A DNA stretch of 32,130 bases from Macrostomum lignano. Its lineage: Eukaryota. The stretch covers positions 1 through 32,130 of the forward strand of contig NIVC01004891.1 in NCBI GenBank assembly GCA_002269645.1, read 5' to 3'. The translations under genes were made by a program, and so were the position numbers. Of the stretch, positions 1-10,900 are shown piece by piece. The notes under the pieces are model-generated. The model searched no databases. It had not been told where the DNA came from and was given only the letters and a program-made list of their open reading frames with translations. How positions within the stretch are numbered: position 1 is the first letter of the stretch; each line of letters opens with the position of its first letter.

Positions 1-172
1 AATTGCTAATGGTTATTGGTTTCTGTCGATTGTGTGGTGGTTGAAACAGCTTATTTTTTAAAACTGCTTATTTATGTTGTCTGCAGAGAATGATAATAGT
101 GTTCCGTAAAAATCATATTTTGCAAACATTTTGACACGGTCAGTGTCTCGGTCTCAAATTTAGTGTTCATTT

Positions 173-516
173 TGTGTCAGCTATGGTCAGTGCTCACTGT
201 GTCAGCTATGGTCAGTGCTCACTGTGTCAGCTATGGTCAGTGCTCACTGTGTCAGCTATGGTCAGTGCTCACTGTGTCAGCTATGGTCAGTGCTCACTGT
301 GTCAGCTATGGTCAGTGCTCACTGTGTCAGCTATGGTCAGTGCTCACTGTGTCAGCTATGGTCAGTGCTCACTGTGTCAGCTATGGTCAGTGCTCACTGT
401 GTCAGCTATGGTCAGTGCTCACTGTGTCAGCTATGGTCAGTGCTCACTGTGTCAGCTATGGTCAGTGCTCACTGTGTCAGCTATGGTCAGTGCTCACTGT
501 GTCAGCTATGGTCAGT
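173..516. repeat. Minisatellite, 25-bp unit TGTGTCAGCTATGGTCAGTGCTCAC, ~14 near-identical copies
   Basis: Directly visible. The three plus-strand ORFs here repeat every 25 aa (3 units). Confidence 0.97.
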
Positions 517-1125
517 TCTGTTCCCGCAGTCATCCAATGTGTCTAATATTCTGCCAGCCTGTCGCTCTTTCTCTGTCGTAACGCCAAGTATTTTGTTGTT
601 TTCCAGTTAATTTTAAATCTTTGCAAAAGCAAGTAAAATGCAAATTCTTTCTGTTCTCACCTGCAATATAACATTGCTGTTTATTTTTCAGCTATTCGTG
701 CGCAAAAAAGCTGGCAATAACCGTTTAATGTTACTCTGCATTGGCCGTAGTAGTATAGTTAGGTTATTTTTACCCGCCGCATTATCTTTGTTCGAAAAAC
801 AACACTACGAAATTCGATGCTTTTTTAAGATCATCCGCAGTGCGAGTGACTTTGCTTTGATGGCTGATGGGTTTGGCAGTAAACTTTGGGGAAGGCGATT
901 AATATTCTATCATTGTCATTATTATTCCACATTTTGTAAGTGTCAGTTAACTGTTCGCACTACTTGAGCTTTAAGCTGAAAGCTGAAATACACACTCTTA
1001 GCTGCTTGCCTGGCAAAACTTTTAAATTAATATGGAAAAAGCCCGACCTCAAGGAGCTTTTCTATCCAAATATTAACGCATGATTGAGAGTCCAAGTGTT
1101 GGAATGTAGATTAACTGTCATAGAC

Positions 1126-1267
1126 AGATGAATGACCGTCATGAGCTATTATAGGCAGATGAATGACCGTCATGAGCTATCATAAGCGGATGAATGACCG
1201 TCATGAGCTATCATAGGCGGATGAATAACCGTCATGAGCTATCATCATAGACAGATGAATGACAGCA
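1126..1267. repeat. Short minisatellite, ~31-bp unit (GATGAATGACCGTCATGAGCTATCATAGGC-like), ~4.5 copies
   Basis: Directly visible repeats with few substitutions. Confidence 0.9.
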
Positions 1268-1672
1268 TGCAGTATCTTAAACTGCTGACTGACACTGACA
1301 GTTAATAAATTCGCAAGACAAATTTCGTTTAAAAAAGAAGCAATTATATTTGACAGTCTTACCGACCGCAAACAGGATTGTAAATAAAGACAGAAAACAG
1401 AAAGGCGACACGACACGTTGGATTACAAGAAAAGATTTAGAAAATTTTGCATCAAAGCAGGCAAAATTAGGAATTGTTCGGACATGATGGCGGCAATATT
1501 TCTGACACACAAAAACATTATTAAACCAACGGTTCACATTATTGGCTCAATCTGGATTTTGTCATTTACTAAAAAAAATTCTATTTACTCTACTTCAAGT
1601 AGACATATTCCAATTTGCTCCGTATTTCTCTAGCTAATTAAGAAATTACCGTTATTTTAATGAGCTCTTGTT

Positions 1673-4600
1673 TTATTTCCTCTTAGTTTTACCCGTCCGG
1701 CCGCGCTCGAAGCGCACCGTCTCGGCCACCAATGACGTCATTTCGGACAGGCGCTGGCAGAAGGTGACAGCAGCTCCCACAGATGGATCTGAAAATCTGT
1801 ACTTTTCTGTGGGATTAAGGGCTTATTTTATAGCCATGATACCAGGAATCCGAGCTTTGAAACTGTTAAAGTTCAATCGTATCTTTTAAAAGACAGAAAA
1901 TTCTCCTCTGAGCTCACCTGCGCAGTTTGCTGCAGCCTGAGAATTACCGCTATTAGCCTGGGCTGACCTCCTGTTGCCATAGTAACGCGACGAATACGGC
2001 GAACCGTTTGGACGTCGCGAACTGGCGATGCCGGAGCAGCAGAAACTGCCTGCTGAGTCCTGATGCAGCCCGTCTGCTGCGGCTGCGTCACTCAGGGATG
2101 AGCCTACTGAGCCTGCGGAGTTGGAGTGAGTCAGTCAGTCAGTCAGTCAGTCAGTCAGTCAGTCAGTCAGTCAGTCAGTCAGTCATTCAGTCAGTCAGTC
2201 AGTCAGTCAGTCAGTCAGTCAGTCAGTCAGTCAGTCAGTCAGTCAGTCAGTCAGTCAGTCAGTCAGTCAGTCAGTCAGTCAGTCAGTCAGTCAGTCAGTC
2301 AGTCAGTCAGTCAGTCAGTCAGTCAGTCAGTCAGTCAGTCAGTCAGTCAGTCAGTCAGTCAGTCAGTCAGTCAGTCAGTCAGTCAGTCAGTCAGTCAGTC
2401 AGTCAGTCAGTCAGCTCACACTGCCTGGATGGCGGCAGTCCGTGGCCCGCAGGCCGGCCCTGTGTGACTGTCGTTGGCTCCCGCCGCTGCAGAACCAGCG
2501 ACTGCGCGGTTCGAATCTCCAGTAGTTCGCCAGCGCGACACCAGGCGGCTGCAGCGGCAGCGACTCCTGCCGGGGATTCCTGCGCTGCTGCCGCGGCTGC
2601 AGCTGCTGCGCCCCGCCGGCCTCGCCCTGCTGGCCGAACAGCAGCCGGCGCTCGCGGCGCCTCTCGCGCGAAGTCGGACGAGCTGTGGAGGCGTCGGCGC
2701 CGGTGGCAGCGGCTGCAGCGGCGGCGGCGACGGCGGCGGCTGAGGCCAGATCGTTGGTCGAGCGGGATGGAGCGATGCCGCTGCTGCGGGGGTCCGGGTT
2801 TGAATCCGCATTAGCCTGCGGTTCCCGCTCGAAAATTGACCCCACAACGAGGGCCGACCCCCCAAGGCACAGTGAGTGTACATGCCCGACAATGAGGAAG
2901 TCAGGGCGGCCGTAGTGTACACCCTGAGTGAGCCTGTGCCTGCGGACAAGATCCATAACTAACTAGCCTCGACTTGAAGATACTCGATAAGAGGCGGCTG
3001 TGGACTACTTTAAGTAGCACTCACCGTTGGTTCCGCCTAATGCTGAGCTGCTGCCCGGACAGCAGGTCAACCATCATGCCAGCTCTGCTTTGAGCTGGGC
3101 TGCTTATTTGTATGGATTTTGCTTCAACTAGAGTAGAAGAATGACGGAGAAGGCCACGCCGCACTTGCTGCTCTATACTCGTTCTGCTCACGCAAAGCCA
3201 TCCTGCAGCTCAAACCCCGGTGAATGGGCCGCCCAGTATATGTATGAGCCATTGGGATTATTGACTTGCCGTGGAGTGGCTTGGAGGGGAGGAGGGTAGA
3301 GAGGCAGGGAGACCCACGCAGACGGGCCGGCTGAATTGTCAACTCAGCGCCTCAAATAATCAGCAGCCAGTATTGCGTGAAATGCCATGAAACAATGAGA
3401 GAGGGTAGGCAGAGCTGGTACGGGCTTTCGCTGTGCGTATGGCCAGGGTGAGGCACCTCTGCGCTCCAGTAAGCTTCAGGAAATGTGCCTTGAGCAGAAG
3501 TACCTGGCTTGGGAAGGCGGCACGCTATGCAAGGGGATGGGGTTCTCCTGCACTAGGGAGGTTGAGACAGGCTCTGTTCCTCATCACGATAAGCCAGTCA
3601 ACGCCTAGCTCTTAGACTACATATTTTCCCATTAATATAATTGCCTTGCATGTGTCTAACTCTAACAGGTTTGATGAGCAGAGCTGATTAATCTTCTGTC
3701 TGTCTGTCTGTTGGGTTTGAGTAGATTGCCTACGCATTTAGGCCTTAGAAACTGTCACCAAATTGTAGAATGCATGTCTAACAGGCTGTAGAATCTATCT
3801 AACAGGCTGTAGAATCTGTCTAATCGGCTGTAGAATCAATCTAACAGGCTGTAGAATCAATCTAACAGGCTGTAGAATCTGTCTAATCGGCTGTAGAATC
3901 AATCTAACAGGCTGTAGAATCTATCTAACAGGCTGTAGAATCTATCTAACATGCTGTAGAATCTATCTAACAGGCTGTATAATCTATCTAACAGGCTGTA
4001 GAATCTATCTAACAGGCTGTAGAATCTGTCTAATCGGCTGTAGAATCAATCTAACAGGCTGTAGAATCTGTCTAATCGGCTGTAGAATCTGTCTAACAGG
4101 CTGTAGAATCTATCTAACAGGCTGTAGAATCTATCTAACATGCTGTAGAATCTATCTAACAGGCTGTATAATCTATCTAACAGGCTGTAGAATCTATCTA
4201 ACAGGCTGTAGAATCTATCTAACATGCTGTATAATCAATCTAACAGGCTGTAGAATCTATCTAACAGGCTGTAGAATCTGTCTAATCGGCTGTAGAATCA
4301 ATCTAACAGGCTGTAGAATCAATCTAACAGGCTGTAGAATCTATCTAACAGGCTGTAGAATCTATCTAACATGCTGTAGAATCTATCTAACAGGCTGTAT
4401 AATCTAACAGGCTGTAGAATCTATCTAACAGTCTGTAGAATCTATCTAACAGGCTGTAGAATCTAACAGGCTGTAGAATCTATCTAACAGGCTGTAGAAT
4501 CTATTTAACAGGCTGTAGAATATGTCTAACAGGCTGTAGAATCTATCCAACAGGCTGTAAGACATGACTACCAGGAATCTGAAAACTTTTAGTGAACCCC

Positions 4601-7600
4601 GAAACTGTACCGGTTTCCATGGCGACCAACAGCCGGAGCGGATCTGAAGCGGTTCCTACGGGAGCAGCAGCGCCTCAGTTGAGGCATCTTTTTACTTTGA
4701 CCAACCGCCGATGACAGCATTTGAGGTACCCTGCTGCTTCTGCTGCTGCTGCTGCTTCTGCTTCTTAGAACTGTAATTGCTTTTGTGTTCCCCTCATGTT
4801 GTTGGCAGACTCACTGCAGATATGCATGCAGCTCGTACTTCTCAAGAGGCTGCGCATGAGTAGCTCTCGCATGTTTGGGGTCAGGGATTGGTCGGTGTTT
4901 GAAGCGTGTCTCACTGTTCTCACTTCTCACTTGGTTTCTTTCACGCTTTTTCTACAGTTTCTCTCCTAGAAGCAAATAACACAGTTTCTGCACATGTACT
5001 TGCGCTGCATGTCAAGTAGGGCTTGAACAGAGTCGGTATTAGGGTTGGGGTTTGAGTTCTGCTCAGTTCTCATTTTCACACAATTTACTAATAATGTTAT
5101 TATATAACGCTTTTAGTAAGCGAAATTAATGTGTTTAGCTAGTTATATGAGTGTGAAATAATTAATCAGTATGGTTAGTGACCACGCTTAATTACTGTTA
5201 GTGACCGTTATTGAGAAAAGGCAGTCAGTGACCCCAGTGAGATCAAGCAGTCAGTGACCCATTCAGATCAAGCAGTGAGTGACCCCAGTGAGATCAAGCA
5301 CGCAGTGACCCCAGTCAGATCAAGCACGCAGTGACCCCAGTGAGATCAAGCAGTCAGTGACCCCAGTGAGATCAAGCACGCAGTGACCCCAGTCAGATCA
5401 AGCAGTCAGTGACCCCATCGAGATCAAGCACGCAGTGACCCCAGTCAGATCAAGCAGTCAGTGACCCCATCGAGATCAAGCACGCAGTGACCCCATTCAG
5501 ATCAAGCACGCAGTGACCCCAGTCAGATCAAGCACGCAGTGACCCCAGTGAGATCAAGCAGTCAGTGACCCCAGTGAGATCAAGCAGTCAGTGACCCATT
5601 CAGATCAAGCAGTGAGTGACCCCAGTGAGATCAAGCACGCAGTGACCCCAGTCAGATCAAGCACGCAGTGACCCCAGTGAGATCAAGCAGTCAGTGACCC
5701 CAGTGAGATCAAGCACGCAGTGACCCCAGTCAGATCAAGCAGTCAGTGACCCCATCGAGATCAAGCACGCAGTGACCCCAGTCAGATCAAGCAGTCAGTG
5801 ACCCCATCGAGATCAAGCACGCAGTGACCCCATTCAGATCAAGCACGCAGTGACCCCAGTCAGATCAAGCACGCAGTGACCCCAGTGAGATCAAGCAGTC
5901 AGTGACCCCAGTGAGATCAAGCAGTCAGTGACCCCAGTGAGATCAAGCACGCAGTGACCCCAGTCAGATCAAGCACGCAGTGACCCCAGTGAGATCAAGC
6001 ACGCAGTGACCCCAGTCAGATCAAGCACGCAGTGACCCCAGTGAGATCAAGCACGCAGTGACCCCAGTGAGATCAAGCACGCAGTGACCCCAGTCAGATC
6101 AAGCACGCAGTGACCCCAGTCAGATCAAGCACGCAGTGACCCCATGCGGACTGGGTGCAGCTGGCACCAATCATGCAGCTGCTGACTCACTCGCAAAGCA
6201 GTTCGTGAAATTCTGCCTTTTGCCGTTCGTACTGCGAACTGGAGAGCAGCTGCCTGCTGTGCCTGCCTGTCTCGCTGCTGAAAGCATTTGGTAGCACCGG
6301 GTGGTGTTTTCAGATGCAGTCCGAGACGCTGCTTTCACGCAGTATTTGCTACATGGTTTTGTATAAAAACTTTTAACCAGAAATTTTCTCGATCGCAAGT
6401 GCACAGGCAAATCTACTATGAGTAGCTAGTGATATTCAAGATAGGTAAAAGTAGATCAGAAGAATCGAACACCGGTTCTTTGGGCTTTTTTCAAAAACTT
6501 TAACGCAATCTGTCATGGACCACTAAAGTAGAAGGACTGCCCACTTTAGCCCGATCTGTCATGGACCACTAAAGTAGAAGGACTGCCCACTTTAGCCCGA
6601 TCTGTCATGGACCACTAGAGTAGAAGGACTGCCCACTTTAGCCCGATCTGTCATGGACCACTAAAGTAGGACTGCCCACTTTAGCCCGATCTGTCATGGA
6701 CCACTAAAGTAGAAGGACTGCCCACTTTAGCCCGATCTGTCATGGACTACTAAAGTAGAAGGATTGCCCACTTTAGCCCGATCTGTCATGGACCACTAAA
6801 GTAGAAGGACTGCCCACTTTAGCCCGATCTGTCATGGACCACTAAAGTAGAAGGACTGCCCACTTTAGCCCGATCTGTCATGGACCACTAAAGTAGAAGG
6901 ACTGCCCACTTTAGCCCGATCTGTCATGGACTACTAAAGTAGAAGGACTGCCCACTTTAGCCCGATCCGTCATGGACCACTAAAGTAGAAGGACTGCCCA
7001 CTTTAGCCCGATCTGTCATGGACTACTAAAGTAGAAGGATTGCCCACTTTAGCCCGATCTGTCATGGACCACTAAAGTAGAAGGACTGCCCACTTTAGCC
7101 CGATCTGTCATGGACCACTAAAGTAGAAGGACTGCCCACTTTAGCCCGATCTGTCATGGACCACTAAAGTAGAAGGACTGCCCACTTTAGCCCGATCTGT
7201 CATGGACCACTAAAGTAGAAGGACTGCCCACTTTAGCCCGATCTGTCATGGACCACTAAAGTAGAAGGACTGCCCACTTTAGCCCGATCTGTCATGGACC
7301 ACTAAAGTAGAAGGACTGCTAGTTTTTAAAGTGCTGTCGGAGACTGGCAAGCAAGCAAAGTTGCTGAACAATTTCATCTATTACCTATCTTTTTAGTGTC
7401 CGTTTTGTCACTTACGGATTTTTCGATTAAGAGCCTTCAGAAAGATTAAAAAGTAATAAGTCTATAAATCCGTACTTAGACTTCTAGAGGAGGGTCTAGA
7501 GGGTACGGCTACTGGGTCTTGAGTGAAGTAAAATCATTCAATCAGTCAATGGGCAGTCAATTGTCACTCAATGAGCAGTCAATGAGCAGTCAATGAGCAG

Positions 7601-10117
7601 TCAATGAGCAGTCAATGAGCAGTCAATGAGCAGTCAATGAGCAGTCAATGAGCAGTCAATGAGCAGTCAATGAGCAGTCAATGAGCAGTCAATGAGCAGT
7701 CAATGAGCAGTCAATGAGCAGTCAATGAGCAGTCAATGAGCAGTCAATGAGCAGTCAATGAGCAGTCAATGAGCAGTCAATGAGCAGTCAATGAGCAGTC
7801 AATGAGCAGTCAATGAGCAGTCAATGAGCAGTCAATGAGCAGTCAATGAGCAGTCAATGAGCAGTCAATGAGCAGTCAATGAGCAGTCAATGAGCAGTCA
7901 ATGGAACAGTCAATAAGCAGTCAATCAGCAGCCAATCAGCAGCCAATGAGCAGTCAATGATACTGACCCCAGAAAGGAAATCCGATAATCTGGTCCATGA
8001 CCGCCTATCAGACTGTCGGTGCTGAAGGCAGCGCAGCCCGCCGCAGCAGCTGACGCTGGCATCTGCCGGAATGACAGTTTCATGCTGTCATAGGGCAGGT
8101 TGACGGCGTCCAGGTAGCACTGGGCGCTGAGCAGCGGCAGGCTGCCGGGTGTTCGGCCTTTCCTGTGCTGCGCCGGCGGCAGAAGAGGCTGCGAATGAGC
8201 CGCATCGACGTGTCGCATGGATTCCGATTGCTGCTGTCGCTGACGCCCTTGGCACAGCCTGCGCTTTGATGCGGCCTGCTGGCGGCTCGGCCAAGTGCTT
8301 GGCACTCGTTGCATTGTGCGTGCCTAGCGGCTGACTATTCTTATATACCTAAGTAGTCTATTCTGTGCCTCTGTGCGGCAGCCAGTGAACTGAGACCCGA
8401 GTCTAAAGCTGAGACAGACTCTATGAAGTGCGCCTGAATTGTTCCAGGCAATTTCTGTCTGTCATTTCTGCTTCGGCAGGGGGTGCAATTCTGGCCCTCA
8501 AACTAAAGCTCTATTTCTGAGTAAAACCCTGCAGAATGCACACGAAGATATACTGCGAGATGAACTGCTCACAGCTGAGAAGAATTTGATTCTTAAATTC
8601 TCAGCGCCTATTCAGATATTACGACTGCCTTCCTGCCTCAGAGTGCAGCTGTGAGGGATGTAGCCGGAAGCTGCAGTGATGATGCAGCTTTGGCTTGGCT
8701 GTGCCTCGGACTCCTCTGTCCCGGCTCAATGCAAAATGAGCAGCGGCACTCATGGGGTTGAACTCAAATACAGTGCAGTGCATCGCTTGTGCGCGTCTGG
8801 GGGCCTTTGCAATCTGCTGCTTTTCTGCTTCTCCCCTCTCCCTCCTACTCTCTCTCTCCTCTCATCCTCTTTTCTTACCCCTCTCACTCTCTTCTTTCTC
8901 CCATCTCACCCCTCTCACCTTCCTCTCTCTCCTCTCACCCTTTTCTCTCTCCCATCTCAACCTCTTCTCTCACTCATCTCACATCTCTCACCCTCTTCTT
9001 TCTCCCATCTCACCCCTCTCACCTTCCTCTCTCTCTCCTCTCACCCTTTTCTCTCTCCCATCTCAACCTCTTCTCTCACTCATCTCACATCTCTCACCCT
9101 CCTCACCCTCCTCTCTCTCCTCTCATCCTTTTTTCTCATCTTTCTCACCCTCCTCTCTCTCCTCTCACCCTCTTCTCTCTCCCATCTCACCTCTCTCACC
9201 CTCCTCTCTCTCCTCTCACCCTCGTCTCTCTCCTCTCATCCTTTTTTCTCATCTCTCTCACCCTTCTTTCTCCTCTCACCCTCTTCTCTCTCCCATCTCA
9301 CCTCTCTCACCCTCCTCTCTCTCCTCTCACCCTCCTCTCTCTCCTCTTATCCTTTTTTCTCATCTCTCTCACCCTCCTCTCTCTCCTCTCATCCTTTTTT
9401 TCTGATCTCTCTCACCCTCCTCTCTCTCCTCTCACCCTCTTCTCTCTCCTCTCATCCCTCTCATCCTCCTCTCTCTTCTCTCACCCTCCTCTCTCTCCTC
9501 TCAAGCTCTTCTCTCTCTTTCCTCTCACCCTCCTCTCTCTCCCCTCTCTCCTCTCACTCTCCTCTCTCTCCCCTCTCACCCTCCTCTTTCTTCTCTCACC
9601 CTCCTCTCTCTCCTCTCATCCTCTTCTCTCTGCACTCTTATCGTCTTGAATAACAACCATCATCTTTTAGTGTCGGCAGAGTGATCCACAGGCAGCCACA
9701 GTGTCGGCAGAGTAACCCACAGTTCCCCACAGTGTCGGCAGAGTGACCCACAGTCCCCCAGAGTGTCGGTAGAGTGACCCACAGTCCCCTACAGTGTCAG
9801 CAGAGTGACCCACAGTCCCCCACAGTGTCGGCAGAGTGTCCCACAGTCCCCCACAGTGTCGGCAGAGGCCACTCACAGATAAAAGCTGTGCGACTTGACC
9901 ATTCTTTGAAAGTCGGACACGAGGCCGAGCGGTCGGTGAGTCTGCAGCTGCAGTCGGACTCGAACCACCTCTGACGGACCCTCCGCTGTTGAGCGACCCG
10001 CCTGTCTGCCGGACGATGAAAACGCCATCTGTGCAGACTTAGACAGGCATGCAGAGAACTGCAGGGGGGCTCAGCGTATTACATACTTATGGCTTCTTTA
10101 AACAGATCAGGTAATGT
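1673..10117 (-). CDS. Multi-exon gene, product not recognised (5' end not located, probably further exons 10200-12100)
   Basis: Phase-consistent GT-AG exons read on the minus strand: 10117-10087 (TLPDLFKEAI), 10028-9877 (NGVFIVRQ..VAQLLS), 8816-8623 (QIAKAPRRAQAMHCTVFEFNPMSAAAHFALSR), 8323-7968 (..LPLLSAQCYLDAVNLPYDSMKLSFRQ..YRISFLG), 6277-6191 (SETGRH..QKAEFHELLC), ~4951-4815 (..RFKHRPIPDP..LEKYELHAYLH), 4770-4696, 2939-2422 (HRLTQGVHYGRPDFLIVGHVHSLCLGG..), 2112-1918, 1788-1673 (..TFCQRLSEMTSLVAETVRFERGRTGKTKRK*). Junctions 8623->8323 and 6191->4951 are unresolved. Confidence 0.7.
2129..2414. repeat. (CAGT)n microsatellite, ~71 copies, filling almost the whole intron 2113-2421
   Basis: Directly visible, with one CATT variant near 2185. 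Confidence 0.98.
2422..2939 (-). CDS. Large internal exon of gene 1 (conserved-looking GVHYGRPDFLIVGHVHSLCLGG segment, then Ala/Gln/Arg low complexity)
   Basis: Acceptor TCCGCAG|G and donor GCA|GTGTGA. Length 518 nt = phase 2 to phase 1, matching neighbouring exons. Lies within ORF 2411..2956. Confidence 0.75.
3778..4559. repeat. Minisatellite, 21-bp unit CTAACAGGCTGTAGAATCTAT, ~37 copies
   Basis: Directly visible. Variants CTAATCGG, CTAACATG and TGTATAAT, plus 17-bp deleted units near the right end. Confidence 0.97.
5222..6144. repeat. Minisatellite, 26-bp unit CAGTGACCCCAGT(G/C)AGATCAAGCA(GT/CG), ~35 copies, with 337-bp higher-order duplication
   Basis: Directly visible. The rare 25-bp variant GACCCATTCAG..GCAGTGAG occurs at 5256 and 5593. 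Confidence 0.96.
6508..7319. repeat. Minisatellite, 46-bp unit ATCTGTCATGGACCACTAAAGTAGAAGGACTGCCCACTTTAGCCCG, ~17.5 copies
   Basis: Directly visible. Period 46 (6508, 6554). Each unit carries a CTAAAGT...ACTTTAG inverted pair. Confidence 0.97.
7543..7960 (+). repeat. 11-bp satellite (CAATGAGCAGT)n, ~37 copies
   Basis: Directly visible, homogeneous core with degenerate ends. Confidence 0.97.
8820..9645. repeat. CT-rich (polypyrimidine/polypurine) low-complexity tract with internal duplications
   Basis: Almost only C/T on the plus strand (CTCTCACCCTCCTCTCT-like motifs). The overlapping Leu/Ser/Pro-rich ORFs are artefacts. Confidence 0.92.
9669..9868. repeat. Minisatellite, 31-bp unit AGTGTCGGCAGAGTGACCCACAGTCCCCCAC, ~6.5 copies
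   Basis: Period 31 (9669, 9700, 9731, 9762). Confidence 0.93.
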
Positions 10118-10602
10118 CTATTGGCGACGGGGAAAATGGGAAAGGGGAAGAAATATTAGAGAATTGGGGGGGGGAGATTTTAGAGGCAGCAAGATTTGCT
10201 CTGCTCTGAGTACTGTCTGAGTCGGGACAACATTTTTTGATCCCGGCGTCTGTCGCTGCGGCCTCGGCGGAATGGCAAAATGCAGTTGCAGATGAAAAGA
10301 GAGCACGGCTAAGGTAGATGGGGAAAGGGTGGGGGTGCCCAAGGGGAGCTTGAAGAGGGAGCTGGCATTGTAGTATCGGAGGAAATGTGCGGCGGAAAGT
10401 ACAAATGAGTCTTGAGGAGGGGCGGGGGTAGAGGAAGGATGGGGAGAGGAATTGGTGCTTATAGTATTTGCCCTGCGGGAATGAGTGTACCATGTGGCTC
10501 GTGCAGTCACGGAGCAACTGGTGAGCAATGGGACAATGCCACAATAGGGCGACAGTGTTTTATTAATATTGCATGTTACCGTGTCCTGCTGCACTATGCC
10601 AG

Positions 10603-10900
10603 TGACTGCTCATTGACTGCTCATGGGCTGCTCATCGACTGCTCATTGACTGCTCATTGACTGCTCATTGACTGCTCATTGACTGCTCATTGACTGCTCA
10701 TCGACTGCTCATCGACTGCTCATTGGATGCTCATTAACTGCTCATTGACTGCTCATTGACTGCTCATTGACTGCTCATCGACTGCTCATTGGCTGCTCAT
10801 TGACTGCTCATCGACTGCTCATTGGCTGCTCATTGACTGCTCATCGACTTCTGATTGACTGCTCATCGAACGCTCATTGACTGCTCATTGACTGCTCATT
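10603..10900 (-). repeat. 11-bp satellite (ACTGCTCATTG)n, reverse complement of the 7543-7960 array, ~27 more degenerate copies
   Basis: ACTGCTCATTG is the exact reverse complement of CAATGAGCAGT. Confidence 0.95.

Noticed and set aside
163-610. Three overlapping plus-strand ORFs (CQLWSVLTVSAM...)
   Set aside because: They are translations of the 25-bp array in rotating frames.
2008-2814. 268-aa plus-strand ORF with SQSV repeats
   Set aside because: It reads through the (CAGT)n microsatellite and is antisense to better-supported minus-strand exons.
3000-3620. GC-richer intronic stretch, possibly a decayed retroelement (ELGVDWLIVMRNRACLNL on the minus strand)
   Set aside because: Stops in all frames and no RT or endonuclease motif recognised. 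It needs a repeat-library search.
8676-9653. Long Leu/Ser/Pro-rich ORFs
   Set aside because: C/T-only sequence cannot encode stop codons, so these are compositional artefacts.
10021-10030. SH2-like GVFIVRQ motif in gene 1
   Set aside because: It is followed by a Gly/Ser-rich linker, not the remaining SH2 strands.
10107-10594. Two long minus-strand ORFs and G-rich tracts (possible exons or G-quadruplex)
   Set aside because: No convincing phase-matched donor/acceptor pair. They may hide gene 1 exons but cannot be supported.
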